A DNA stretch of 63,081 nt, counting the filler, from Octopus bimaculoides (lineage: Eukaryota), in the NCBI RefSeq assembly GCF_001194135.2. It is 7 parts of 7 records of this genome, joined end to end, with 100 filler letters (N's around TTAATTAATTAA, not from the genome) between each part and the next. Parts side by side here need not be neighbours in the genome. Positions count along the whole stretch, not along the records: positions 12,158 to 36,272 come from NC_068992.1; positions 36,373 to 49,129 come from NC_068990.1; 5 more parts are not named here. One strand, given 5' to 3'. The notes below the pieces were generated by a model. It saw only the letters and a list, made by a program, of their open reading frames with translations, was not told the DNA's origin and ran no database searches. Positions 25,710 to 38,818 of the stretch are shown piece by piece. The position numbers and the translations under genes are program-made. Every line of letters starts with the position of its first letter. Position 1 is the first letter of the stretch.

Positions 25710-27779
25710 TTATATAATATATGAATGAATTATGTTATTGCAATTCTTGATAAAGATTGCAACATTTTAGTTTGATGTCAAAACATGATAACAGTCAGAT
25801 AACAATTAGATATCGTTTGGCTGGAGTTTATCAGTTGTCTAAGCCCTAGAGTTGCCATGGACACCGGGGTATTTACCAAGGTTTTCTTTATCGTTCCTCA
25901 GACCGGAATAAAAATGAAAACACGACTCTAATTACAGAACACGTCACTGTTTACGATGATAATTCTGAAAAATAGGCCGACTTTCAGTAAATTTTATGAG
26001 ATGTTAATTCTCTCCACAGTGTTTAAATCAGAATTGAGAGGCGTTCCATTTTACATCCGTTTATTACAAAACTGAAGAGTTAATTTGTCTTTGAATAACT
26101 AAGCATGTCCGGTAAAAATTGAACTAGGTATCTCAGTAGAAAAGTGTATATAAAATTCATGAACAAATTTGTATACAGGTATAGAATTATAAGTTTACAA
26201 GCAAGATTTTAGTATAAACGTTATAGACAGTTTACACGAATATGGATCAGAAAGAGAACAAGCCTTCAGAAGATGTTGAAGCGATTACATCACAGGGTGT
26301 CATCCTCCCCATGTTACATTATAATAAATGTTTTATTGATAGAAACTAACTTAAATCATATTGGTTTCTCAATTAATCTGTATTTCACCCCATACGGATA
26401 AGCATATCGCCTTAAATCGTATTTTACGATTCAACTTAGATTTACTAACGATAAAGTCAGAGATCGTTGAGTGGAGATTAAGTCAGCGATCACATGATGA
26501 GTTTAAGTCGGCGATTAGAATTAGTGAAGAAATATAAACACACATTACGAGAGTAAAGTAACAAGCTAAATACTTCGCATTAATCAAATCTTCAAGCTTC
26601 TGTATCTGAACAGACGAGATCAAAGGCTTAAGAAACGGTAATATTATGATATTAGGAACAAGATGAATATATTAGTTCGAACATATCTTTCGTTTTATTC
26701 TATAAACAACTGTTTAAGGAACAAGTCATTATCAAAACACCAGAAAAATTAGTAATAATAAGAAACTGGACACACAACTATTTCTCCCTTTCTCTTTCTC
26801 TCTCTCGTTCTCTCTCACACACAAGTACACAAGCGCACACACACGCACATACATTCTTCCCAGATATCTTCTCCAGAGTTGAATTACTGAGCTATAATAC
26901 TACATTAAAATCAGCAATCAACATTCCTCCTCCTCCTCCTCTTACTACTACTACTATTACTGGTGGTGGTGGTGGTGGTGGTTTTGGTGGTGGTGGTGGT
27001 GACAGGTAGTGTTCGCCAGCGAAAGACAAAAATCACCTATTCACTCGTAAGTTGAGGTGCTGCATACCAGACACAAATCTGCTACTTGAAACTCAACGAA
27101 ATGCGTGTGTGTGTGTGTGAGTGAGTGAATAAGTATGTTTATGTGTGTTGTTGTTGCTTCTATGTGTATATGTATGCATATATATATACATACACTCACA
27201 CACAGATAGACTCGCTTACAAACTTGAGGAAATTGTTAGTACAATGATTGACATATTTTAAACCAGGTTAAATATATCAATTAAGCTGACAATGTATGAA
27301 GGGTTTTTTGGAGAATTCCTAGCAACGGAGGCTAATCATGTTACTAGAAGCTATGGAAGGAATGACGCTTCTGATCTTTTAGAAGGCGCCACGCTACAGG
27401 ACTTGACCCGACAACATTTTGTCAGTTATGTGAAATCACCATTGTAAATATGAGGAAAGCTGGTGGCTTGTAGTTGCCATCATTGATCTGAAAGTATAGT
27501 TAGCATTTCAATAACAGCGATTATCATTAACTGTATCATTACAGAATTACAGTTACCACTCGAAATGCCAAGCAATATACATTAAATTCCACGCCATGGA
27601 GTAGCAATGATTGAAAATACTCAATGAAAACTCATTTTCGATAAACTAAATAAATTACATTTAAGTACACATTTAAATACATTTTATTAATAAAATCTTT
27701 TTCTCTTGTGACGTTCCGTAATTTTGAACATTCGGAGGTGTCTTTCGTTATGTATTTTTAAAAACTGTCTCGGTAGCTC

Positions 27780-28320
27780 ACGAAAAAGTAGCCCGACTTT
27801 CGTAACAGTGTAAATACAGAAATATATTTACAAGTGCTCGAAAGAACTCACCATCGTAGATTTTGAAAATGATTCACTGCTGCATCAATACAAAGCTGTG
27901 TACGTCTAATCATGTTTAGGTGCATCCGACGTAAAATAGTGACATCGAAGGCAGTGACCGTATGCGTGATATTGTCCTTCAGTTCCTGTATTACGTGCAA
28001 ACGTTTTCGTGCATTCTGCTCTTCAGGTGTCCAAAGAGGTAATAATCACACACTGAATAATCAGGAGAACGTGGTGCTTGCAAATTTTTGCTTACAGTGC
28101 TTCAGCCTCACATTTCTCAACACCCGTTTGCATGACCTCCTAATTATGTGAGATGGCTGCGCCAATTTACGTGTTAATTTCTTTAGACTTCGAGTAAATC
28201 CTTTGGCAAATGTCCTGAATAACTTCTCTGACATTTGAACCCTCGAATCTCTTTGTTTTGAAGCGTTGCGCACTGACATTCAAGACCGTCTGCTTAAAAT
28301 CGAGCCATGTCAGATGTGTT
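27780..28320 (-). mobile_element. Decayed Tc1/mariner-superfamily transposase relic (rosa/DD41D-like), internally deleted
   Basis: The minus strand gives an HTH-like segment (TRSLKKLTRKLAQ...CKRVLRNVRLK). It then gives PRSPDYSVCDYYLFGHLKSRMH...QELKDNIT....LRRMHLNMIRRTQLCIDAAVNHFQNL, matching 'PRSPDLtPcDffLWG.lK'. Boundaries are approximate. Confidence 0.7.
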
Positions 28321-31300
28321 CAATCAGATAAAAATTTAGTATCGCTAGTGTTACAATAATACATAAGAGAGACAGTACAAAGCTACGTAGCAGTGTGACT
28401 AGAAAATAAAGGCTAATAAATTAAGAGAAAATATTGTTCTATTTTTACACCGAGTTTGATCAAATTATGCCTGCATTGTTTCAACACTGAGCAGTTGGAA
28501 ACCTTGTTCAGTCTAATAATTATTGCCTTTTAGGTAGCATAACAGGATAAATTTAACCAGTGGTATGAAAAACAAAGAAAATCAACAATGGTGAAAAACA
28601 TATCATTGGTGGATTTCAACTAAATCTAAAAACTAAAAATGAATTTAATGAAACACTTTTTCTTCACAGGGGCGCTCCAGAGGTCAACGGGAAATAATTT
28701 CTTCCTTACCTTTGACATTCACAGCTAAATTAAAATTTAGTATAACAGAAACTAAAATATTTATATTTATTGTTTACCATTATACTTTTATATTGTTGCA
28801 CCTTTACTTGCTGCAGTTAAAATTTCCACAATAACCTAATTAAGCTAATTAAGCTAATTAAGCTAAGTAATTTAATAAAACTAAACCTTAGAACCATCAA
28901 ATTTTTAATTTTCAATCAAGTGGCACGAAGTTCTAGTTACTTGTAATCGAAATATGTCAAATGCAGTATTAATTATACACAGTAATTAAGTGTTTTGCTT
29001 TTACATTAAGAGTACGTCATTAAGCAGGTAAAGTAGACCTGCATCTCATTGATTGCCATTTCATTGTTCTGTAATTTCTTTTAGAAATATGTAAATAGCG
29101 GAAAAGGCTTTTCTTTTTTAATTTTGCTTTTAAAAGACACTGACGACATTTGATCTGACAGCTTTTGCAACGGTTGACCATCATTTGATGACGCAAGGTG
29201 GGTTAATTGCTAATAACTGAAAATAAATCTGTTCAACAACTATTATTCAATACATGAATCATCTTAAAAGGTTTTAATCGTTAGCTCATACCCTCTAAAC
29301 ATTTTGCAAATTTCGCTTTAACTCTTAGCTGCATAAACAAGTCAAATATATTTTTAAAAGCGAGAGGAGAAGAAGGAACCTCGAACGTTAATAAAATGAC
29401 AGTGCTGCACCCTTGCACGAACTTCAGATATTCAATACAGTTTGAAATACTTTACCTTTAGTTCGTGCCTGAGGCGAAATCTTTCCTAAACACAGAAACA
29501 CGTACAGTTACATAGGAAACATTGTTGCATAGACACTGTAAGTTTTAGTTAGAGGACCAAATCTGTCGCCCAGTTCAAAACTTCCACCTGGTCCATGTAT
29601 TCCTGAAACAGTGTCCACTTCTTTGGTCAGGTCTATTGTCTAAGGATAATTGCGTGTCATCAGCCCTGGGGAGCCTGAAAAGGGTCGTTCATGAACGCTG
29701 CTCTTCTTCGTCTGATTTAAACTATTAAAACAAAAACAAAACATCAAATATTTATATATGCTGAAACGGGACTTTATACCACACAACAACGCCTGCGCCT
29801 GTGTATATCTAAAATATTTGTTTCGTGATCTATAAACATTGCTATCACATTTTTCATTGACTTTCCTCCACTAAACAATTTGTGGTTTATTTTCCTTAAA
29901 CAAAAGGGTCTACAGTTATTGAAAAGAGGAAAATTGGATGTTGTGATTTTCATGCTTTTCCAAAGAAACTTAGATTCATTTAGATTATCTGAATAAAAGA
30001 CAAGATGGATATAGCCGGAACTTCCTTTGAGCAAAGGTCTACTGGATCAGGGTTGACCTGCGGTTAAACAACACTACGCTAGCATATAGAAACCATTCAT
30101 TTCTAGCTTTCTTTTACTGGTACTGTGATACACGTTGGAATTGACTGAATAACACTCTCTATTTCAACTACGCTTTCTATACTACAGTGTGCGTGTATGC
30201 GTACCTGTATGTGCGAATGTGTGTGTTTGGTGTCAAATGACACTGACAGAGGAGCAGATTAAGATACAAAGTACTAAAAGGTAGACAGTCTTATAGGTAC
30301 AGATGAACGGAAGTCGCAAATTACCATTTCATATCAGTTTCTTTGATTTATTGTTGCGTTTGCTCCACGAAAGTATCAGTTTCCGTGACTTGAGATTTCT
30401 GATTAACTTATTGGCATTATTTGAATATTTTGGCAGCTTTGACCGAAATATTTCTTTCATTTAATAAAGTTTCATCTTTTTCTAATCAATAACTTTTCTC
30501 CCCGTCTTCCCCTTTTGAGTGAGTATATGTGTGTGTATGCGAGAGAAAGAGAAAGAGAGAAAGAGAGAGGCAGTGTGTGTGTGTGTGTGTGTGTGCGTGC
30601 GTGCGTGCGTGTGTGTGTGTGCGTGCGTGTGTGTGTGTGTGTGTGTGTGCAGTCATGCATTCATATTTATTGGCTAACAACAGAGTATTCTCTACTTGTA
30701 GATATCGAAATGAAAATCTTATTAGAATTGCTCCATATACTTACACAAACTCACACAATTTTACACACAGACATGCACGCGCGCACGCACACACACACAT
30801 TAGCACACGTAAACACACTTACACAAACACTCGTATACACACGCAAACACGCGCGCGCGCGCCCATTTCGTGGAACCAAATAGACAGACATATTTACGTA
30901 AATACACAGTTACAGAGTGTTTACTTCGTTGTCAATAATTTCTTGGATGGTTTTTTTCAACCATACTTTTCTATTGTGTAACGAAGAAAAAGCTAAACAT
31001 CGGTTGAACGATTAATCTTGCTAATGACTGTAACTGTTTCACTTGATATATTCCCCGGTCGTCCTCAGTTGTTTTATTGTGAAAACACTCCATAATATCA
31101 ACATTTGAAGAGTTAGTGGACTCATCAAATGTTGGTATTATGACACATTAGAGAAGTAACCCACATATATGGTTTACATTTTTAAATTGCTTTCTGGGTA
31201 ATAGTACTGCCTCAGAGTCCACTTCATTCTTTATCAATATGGAATCGATTCCACAAATGGTGAAATATAGGAACTGGTTCCCTTCTATTAAACTATTTGC

Positions 31301-31421
31301 CCACTGAGGCCAACTGTATCTTTCACTCTTTCGAGATCGATACAAAACGTGACAGTGAAGTTTTGAAGTCGACGTAATCAATCGCTGGCATTGTGCCAAA
31401 ATTTGAAATCATCATTTTTAA

Positions 31422-31600
31422 GCGGCGAACTGCCTGAATCGTGTGTCGGACAAAATGCGTAACGGTACTTCTTCCGGCTCTTTTCATTCAAATCCAGTCG
31501 AGATCAACTTTGTCTTTCATCCCTGTGGGGTCGATGAAATAAAGTTCCAGTTTAATACTAGGGTTGATGGTATCCACTAACTCTAAAAGCTTCTGACCTC
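31422..31600 (+). mobile_element. SINE family A copy (diverged)
   Basis: Reads GCGGCGAACTGCCTGAATCGT...CTTTCATCCCTGTGGGGTCGATGAAATAAAG. Confidence 0.7.
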
Positions 31601-33772
31601 AATCAGAAACCATTTCTACTTATCGTGTTCCTCCATTTCATGGTGGTGTGAATTATGCGAAGAGAATCGTCTCAAAACTGATCAACCAACAATAATAAGG
31701 AGTGAAGAAAGTAACAACTTCATGAGCGCAGTGCAGTTTGTGAAGACATTCGTAAACAGAAGATAAAAGGCTAGAAAGTAAAGAATACTCTACCAATTTC
31801 TAAACTGAACTTAGTTGAACTCCAAGAACTGATATGGCCGTGTGTGTTTATATCTCAACTGTTAGATTTGTCCACAGTATCATGTCTACAAAGGGGTGGG
31901 AGGAGCGGGAAGAGGTGAAACATAGCACATATTTGGCGGCAATGGAACACATTCCTACAGAGTGACTGATGAAGTTAAATTAATCATTTTCCAAAACACA
32001 TCTCCATAAAGCAAAGAAGTTAAGTCTAAAATTTTTCTAAGAGATGAATGCAGTAGTTGTACTAGCAAGTAATGTCCGCATTACATCGAACACTTACTTT
32101 CATTCTGTAAATCCAGGAATTTGGAGAGCGAAATGTTTTTACGTCTGATGAAATAGCACAAAGAACAACAACAGCAACATCATCGTTTTAGTTATTTAAT
32201 TCTCACTTTTCGTTCCATTTAAAATCTGTTATAGATTAGTAAGAAGTTGGATTTCGGTTAAATATCTTGTAAATAAGTTTCCTGCTAGATTTTTTGTTTA
32301 AACATGAAATGTCTCAAAGATTGTAACAAAAGTATAGAACTCGAAAAGTAAAATATATCACAATTTTTCTGGAGAATTAGAACGGTCCTATTCGGTTGCA
32401 TAAAGGGTTAAAAGTTACAATTTATCACTTGTTTTTGACACGACATGATTACTTTTCGCAAAAAATTTTAAAACATTCTCAGCTAACACTGAACTAATTC
32501 TTTCACAAGAACTAATATTTATAGTTTGACAATCTATAGGAAGGGAAATAAGAATTAATAGTTTTCTCAAAGGTATCAATCAATGAACTGATGTGATTCG
32601 AAATTAAAGCTTGATTTCAATTCAATTTCCTGCAAAGATACAAGACATGGCTTTGTGGTTAATGTTTGTTTTGGGCTAGATCTTCAGCCAATACTTTATG
32701 CAAGTATCATCTAACCAAAACATCAAATCAAAGATCTCTGAGTGAAATTTTGTAGGTGGAAATTTTGTGGAAGACTTTCATATGAAAAGTTCGTGTTCGC
32801 CAGGTTTAACACCATCAATTAGTTTGGGATATTTTAAGTTTGTTATAAAAATTCATGTTAAGTTTTTCTACTCAAAGAATTACTTCCTACCATCAACCAG
32901 TCTCAGAGACCCTGCCAACGAGATAGGACTGACTATTTTTCTTACTAAGTCATTTAAGAAATGCGGTACACGGCAGCGTCACTTTAGAAGTAGATAGAAA
33001 TATATATATATATATATATATATATACGACCAAACTGAGAAATGAACTTAAAAACAAAGAAAGTAAATTCTACAATACATTTAATCCAATTCTTTAGTCT
33101 CTATTTATTCTTAAACATTTGTTGTAAACAATGATGGCCACTATATATCATCTGTTCCGGCATCTAGACACAAGACTCAGTATATTTACTGTAAATCTTT
33201 GGATTCTTTGAGTTAAATATTAATTTAAGTAGTTATTAAGTAGTTATTTCTTTATAGTCTCAGTTAATAACAACGGATACGACGATGGGTAACTAGGCCT
33301 TTCACCCTATTGAAGAACGTGTTCTACACACATTATATCACTACAGAAACGCCGAATAGAATATTTAAGTCAACTTGACTTGGTCGTACGTAGTTTCAGT
33401 AATATGGTTATTCCGGTTATGGTTGAATAATAAGATGTTTCTGTTTCATAAAAAATCAATATTCGTTGTAATAAACCTGTATGTCGTTGTACCTATAGGA
33501 AATTGATAATACTAGACAGACAGACATACAACACGGATATGTAAGTAAAGAATAGAACAACAATAAGTAGATAAATAATAGAGTATGCAATGACTAAAGA
33601 ATTGTTGCTAATTCTAGTTAAATTCATCTCTTGATTAACATTGTGAAAACGTTAAAACTAAGTTTCAAATCATCTCGGACGCTTCATTGATTGCGGAAAG
33701 GTGAAACCATGGGCTGGCTGCCAATGGTTTCACCTTTCGTGTGCCTCTGTGTTTGAAAATATGATTCTATTT

Positions 33773-33819
33773 GTGACCATGTGTGGGGACCATGTGTGGT
33801 GACCATGTGTGGTGACCAT
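33773..33819. repeat. 13-bp tandem repeat (GTGACCATGTGTG) x3.6
   Basis: Units start at 33773, 33786 (one mismatch), 33799 and 33812 (partial). Confidence 0.9.
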
Positions 33820-33893
33820 ATATTCTGCCCGGATTACTCAGTTTTACTCATCATTTAATATTCATAATTGTAATAGACATATTTCCCTTCCCT

Positions 33894-33947
<54 letters not shown>

Positions 33948-34923
33948 TGGGTAGACGAAGTATATTGTGCCTACCCATACTACCCATACAACCTTCCCCG
34001 TGAATATTCGCTAATGAAGTCATGGAACACACACATATACATGTACGTACAAGTACGCATACACATACATACACGCACAGGCACGCGCACATATATATCA
34101 CAAATAGCTCGAACAAGATTACGGGGCAAAGAGGAGACGAACAAATAGCACACGAAGTTAGACAGTCAAAAGCACGTAACCCTGTGTGTGCGCGTTCGTG
34201 CGTACGTGTGCGCGCGCACACGTTCATGAAACTACATGCATCAACAACACAATATAGTGTGTGTTTAGTCTTAAACTATGTGGCAAGTTGAACGTTTCCC
34301 TAAATTTTCTCACGTTCTTATATTTCGACAAACTTTTCAAGATGGATTTAAAGATTATAGAGATCTTAAGATCTTAACAGCACAGTGCGAAAGCTGGCAG
34401 AATCGGTAAGGCATCGGAAAAAAATCCTTGGTTCTTTACGTTTGGAGTTCAAATATCGTCGATACAATAAAGTGTCAGTCAAGTGCTTCGTTCGATGTAA
34501 CCGGCCAGATCTTTCACTAAAAATTTCATATATTGTAACAATATTAGAAATTATTTTGGTAGTTTTATCACCACGTTAACATGGGTATATTCATTCAGTG
34601 CACTTTCTACACTCGAACCACGTTAAAGTGAGGATAAACGCTACTGTTTGCTTCGTATACTGCTGCTATCTTGAACAGAGATTTTCTAACGGACTAGCTT
34701 CCTTGTTACAAAATCAGTGATTGTATGACACTGTATTTTCTATATATTGCAAGTGAGGTTAAACTACTGCCATGCCTGGAAATGGGTACCCACCATAGAA
34801 GAGATCCAATAAGATCGAAATCACCTGGTCTTGTGGTTTCAAAGCTTGGATGGCAGGAGTTATCACCGCTTGCAATAAATATCGAGTGCGGAAAGCGCAT
34901 TAAATAAACCAGCTGGAGGAGAT

Positions 34924-36001
34924 GTCCTCCTGGGGTTAGTATTCAATGCCTCTTCTTAAGCAGCGATTATTAGGCTTTTAGTCTTCTTTTTAGGTCACCT
35001 TTGGTAAGCCACCTCCATGAAGCTTCCAGGTCTTTTAATTTGTTTCTTTCACGGTGGAACTGACCATGGAATCCCATGCGGAGTAGGGTTTCTTCTCTCT
35101 CGTTGGCTACACGTGATCGGAATTCATAAGCATTCTCAAGTCCATTTTTGGTAAGTCTTTCTGAATTAGCAACATGCTGTAGCAGGTCTTGATTGCTGTT
35201 TACCAAATATTCTGCCATGTTTCTTCTTTCATTGTTAATGCGCTCCCGTACGCTAATCAGCCCACGTCCAAATTTACACCTCTTCATACATTCGCATTAG
35301 GGTGGAGGGCACCATGTATTGTCATTGTCTTTCGGGTAGTGCCATCGAGTTGGTTAATCTCCGCTTGTGTCTATTTCAGGATGTGTGCGTTGTAGCGGAC
35401 TATAGCAACAGCCCATATGTTGATGGAAGTCACAAGATTCCTTGAGTTGAGTTTTGATTTCAAGAGAAGTTTCATTTATCTGTGAAAGATATTGTCCAGC
35501 TCCAGGATCCCAAGGTACTTGTACCCATCATCATCCGGGTCTTCCATTCTCCCTCCGTTTCGCACTTCTATGCCCCTACAATCTGCTCTTTTTCCCAGTT
35601 TCAAAGTGAGCACCGCACACTTCGAGATACCGAATTCTATCCCTATATCCTTGCTTCACATCCAGCCTCTTCATTTCAGGCTCTGTTTTTGCGAACAGTA
35701 TTAAATCATCCATGAAGAGAAGGTGGTTAAGACGAGGTCCATACTTTCTCAGTTCATAGGACGCAGTGACTTTGCGTAGAGCTACAGAAAGTGGGATCAA
35801 GGCTATAACAGAAAGCAAAGGTAAACAAGAGTCTCCTTGGAAGATACCTCTTTTGAGTGTTATCTCGGCTAAGTCCTGGTTGTTACAGAAAAGACGTGTT
35901 TTGCAACTAGGCATGCTGTTTTCAATCAGTTCAAACATGTTCTCAGTTATTCCTTGTCGAGTGTTTCCAAAATCTACGAATGCGGCAATATGTCATAAGC
36001 C
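34924..36001 (-). mobile_element. R4/Dong-like LINE fragment: RT domain plus downstream region, 5'-truncated at an (AAT)n array
   Basis: Minus-strand relics read KAYD.LPHS, ITLKRGIFQGDS..PLL..IALIPLS, LNHLLFMDDLILFAK, KSKLNSRNLVTSINIWAVAIVRY, KGGRGLISV and SLIIAA*EEALNTN. (AAT)n lies directly 5' of the truncation point (plus-strand (TTA)n at 36002-36055). Confidence 0.9.
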
Positions 36002-36054
<53 letters not shown>

Positions 36055-36372
36055 TTATGTTTGACTTTTGTTTTGCATTTGTACAAGTTGGATCCAAGTT
36101 TCACCCAGAGACCTCAAGAGACAACAAGTTAGAAGTTCATGTAGGTGTTATGCCTAGGGTACCATATATTTGGATTTGTACAGTTTTGTTCAAGTGAATG
36201 TTTAAGAAACCATAAGAAAATTATGTGTTTGCTTTAAAATTTGAGATCACATAGACAGTATTTTACGTAGGANNNNNNNNNNNNNNNNNNNNNNNNNNNN
36301 NNNNNNNNNNNNNNNNTTAATTAATTAANNNNNNNNNNNNNNNNNNNNNNNNNNNNNNNNNNNNNNNNNNNN

Positions 36373-36720
36373 TGTGCAGTTAAATCCTGGCTGGACAGGG
36401 TTGTTGCTGGAAGGACGTGTGTGGCATCAGGATTCGGTTCCTTGCCATACCGCTGGAAATAATCAGAAGCGGTCTTCGGAGAATTTCTACGATTCTTCAG
36501 ACCCAATTTCTGGCTTCCTAATTCTCTAGATTGTAAATCCATGGATTACTATGTGTGGGGGTGCAGTTGAGAAAGACACCAACTGCTTTGTTTGCAACAA
36601 CAAGGCCGAACTGGTATCCAACATCAACGAGGTGTTCGAAGATCTCTGGGACGCACCAGTTTCCGGGGCCGTCTTGAGACCGTGACGGAAGCTGGGGGCG
36701 GATACATTGAGTAAACTGTT
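36373..36720 (+). mobile_element. maT/DD37D transposase 3' relic
   Basis: Reads WHQDSVPCHT...FWLPNSLDCKSMDYYVWGAVEKDTN...GGGYIE*. Repairing one 1-nt frameshift gives 37 residues between the 2nd and 3rd catalytic Asp. Confidence 0.8.
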
Positions 36721-37160
36721 ATATCCCAGTCATAATCTAGTTGAAGTTGTTTTTCAATGCTTTTATTTCTGGATGTGATATTCTATTTTATTTTCCTTTT
36801 ATGCAAACGGTAATATTTAGCTCGGACACACTGAATTTGTGTGTGAACTTGTAAATCTGTAAAAGTGAGTAAATACAGAGGACGCTTGGAGTATATTGTT
36901 TAGGAGTAAATCGGAGGATCTTAAACAGGAGGGAATGTAGTAAGGAATTACGATTGTTTAGTTTAAAGAACAAAATTGCTGAGTTCAATTTCTTTTGTGA
37001 GCATATCTCAGAAAAAAGGCTGTTCGCTGGTTTATATTCTGTAATCATTGAAGTGTAGAGAGATGTTTGAATTCCCAGTGTCAAATAAGCCACAGTCGTC
37101 TACCAAAGATGTCCTAAATGATATAATTCTCCAATTAATTAGTGCGGTAATGGTAATAGT

Positions 37161-37369
37161 AAGGGAGATGGCAGAATCGTTAGCACGGCGGGCAAAATGC
37201 TTAGCAGTATTTCGTCGACTTTACGTTCTGAGTTCAAATTCCACCGAGGTTGACTTTGCTTTTCATCCTTTCGGGGTCGATAAAATAAGTACTAGGGTCG
37301 ACTTAATCTCTTTGTCTGTCCTTGTTTGTCCCCTCTATGTTTAGCCTCCTGTGGGCAATAAAGAAATAA
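37161..37369 (+). mobile_element. SINE family A copy, about 85 nt beyond the exon B donor
   Basis: Reads GGCAGAATCGTTAGCACGGCGGGC...GAGTTCAAATTCC...CTTTCATCCTTTCGGGGTCGATAAAATAAG. Confidence 0.85.
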
Positions 37370-37455
37370 ATATTTAAAACACAAAATTTATCAAAAAAAT
37401 CGCAACTTATTTTCCAATAGAAATACATCTAAGGCTGATGTGGAAAATCACTTAC

Positions 37456-37650
37456 CGATTCCATTTGGATAAGAAGTAATCTGGAACTTTCCACCGTTCC
37501 CTGGACGAAGTCCCATTGCTTGTTCAATTCTCTTCTCGAGCGCTTTCGAAAAACGACTCTCCCCAGGGTAAAATGCCGTATTATAATTCCAACGCGACTT
37601 CAACCACGATTTCAGTTTCGTTGAAAACGTCTTGTTTACACACATCGTTC
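37456..37650 (-). CDS. Internal coding exon B (195 nt, phase 1-1) of the same P4H-like oxygenase gene
   Basis: Acceptor tctatttttcag|GAACGATG and donor GGAATCG|gtaagt. Translation is (G)TMCVNKTFSTKLKSWLKSRWNYNTAFYPGESRFSKALEKRIEQAMGLRPGNGGKFQITSYPNGI(G). RIEQAMGL...FQITSY..G parallels the P4H 'RI..ltgL...E.lQv..Y..G' segment that precedes the HxD motif. The phase matches exon A (G|GA = Gly). Confidence 0.85.
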
Positions 37651-38818
37651 CTGAAAAATAGATTCTTACTGAATTATTGAAAGCAGTGGTTCTTTAAAAT
37701 GGGGTCCATATGACCCTTGGCCGTCCATACAAAATTTTATCGTTAAGATTGATGTGCAATAAATTGGTTATATTTTTACAATTTATTTTATTAAATTCCT
37801 AATAAGATTTAATTATAAAAAAAAAATTAAATATCGAATGACTACGAGGGCTCACTCGAGTAAAGTAGAAATCAAAAGGGTCCACTGGAAAAATTAGGGT
37901 TGGAAACCATTAATGTAGACTATAATATAAATATGGAACACATACAAACATGCACACATCTCAAAAAACATACATGTAAACACATTCATAAACGAACATA
38001 CAAACGCATGTGTGGAACAGAAAACATACACATCTTTTCTAAATGGTTAGAAAAGAAACTTCTTACCACAGAGCCAAGTCTGGGTCTATGGGGAAGAGTC
38101 TGGAAGATGCTACTCCAAAGTTTAGCAGACACTAAAGAATCAACAAGAGTATGAAAGGTTGTCCTTTCAGGTTCCCAAACTTCTTCAAGCTCCTGCATTA
38201 GTTTCGTTTATAAAGGACCATAATTGTAAAACTACTTCCGAAATTATTTATGCGAATTAACCAAAGTTTCCTCCGAGACTTTTGAAAGATCCATAAATGC
38301 GTTTCATTATTGCATGCCGACCCAGCCATAAGCAAAAGGCTACAACTAGAGAAGAGCAGTCCCCACTTCATTGATTTATCAGTCGAAGATGCTGAATATA
38401 CAGGAAAGCCCTCACAAAGTCTGTTTGTCCCTTGACATACAAGGAGAAAGCCTCTAAAATATAGGAATTAGCTCTGAAGGTGACGCTTTGGTCCGCTCTT
38501 AGCCATAATGTCTAAAGCAAAGTGAATGACCTCTAATAATGTGTTCATACATATATATGTTCATATACATATTTACCTGCATACAAACACAAATACATAC
38601 ATACATACATATATACATACATATATACATACATATATATATTCATATACGTACATGCATACATACATCCATATATACATACATACATNNNNNNNNNNTG
38701 AATAATGACATACATGCATACATAATACATACATACATACGTATACATACATACGCATACATACATACATAGATACATACATACATAATACATACATAGA
38801 TACATACATACATACATA

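Noticed and set aside
28708-28722. Possible 15-nt minus-strand micro-exon (CTGTGAATGTCAAAG|gtaagg), phase-compatible with exon B
   Set aside because: It encodes AVNVK, which does not continue the expected Y..HxD motif, and it is too short to support.
29137-29197. Plus-strand exon-like segment (TLTTFDLTAFATVDHHLMTQ) with AG/GT ends
   Set aside because: No family resemblance and no supporting neighbouring exons.
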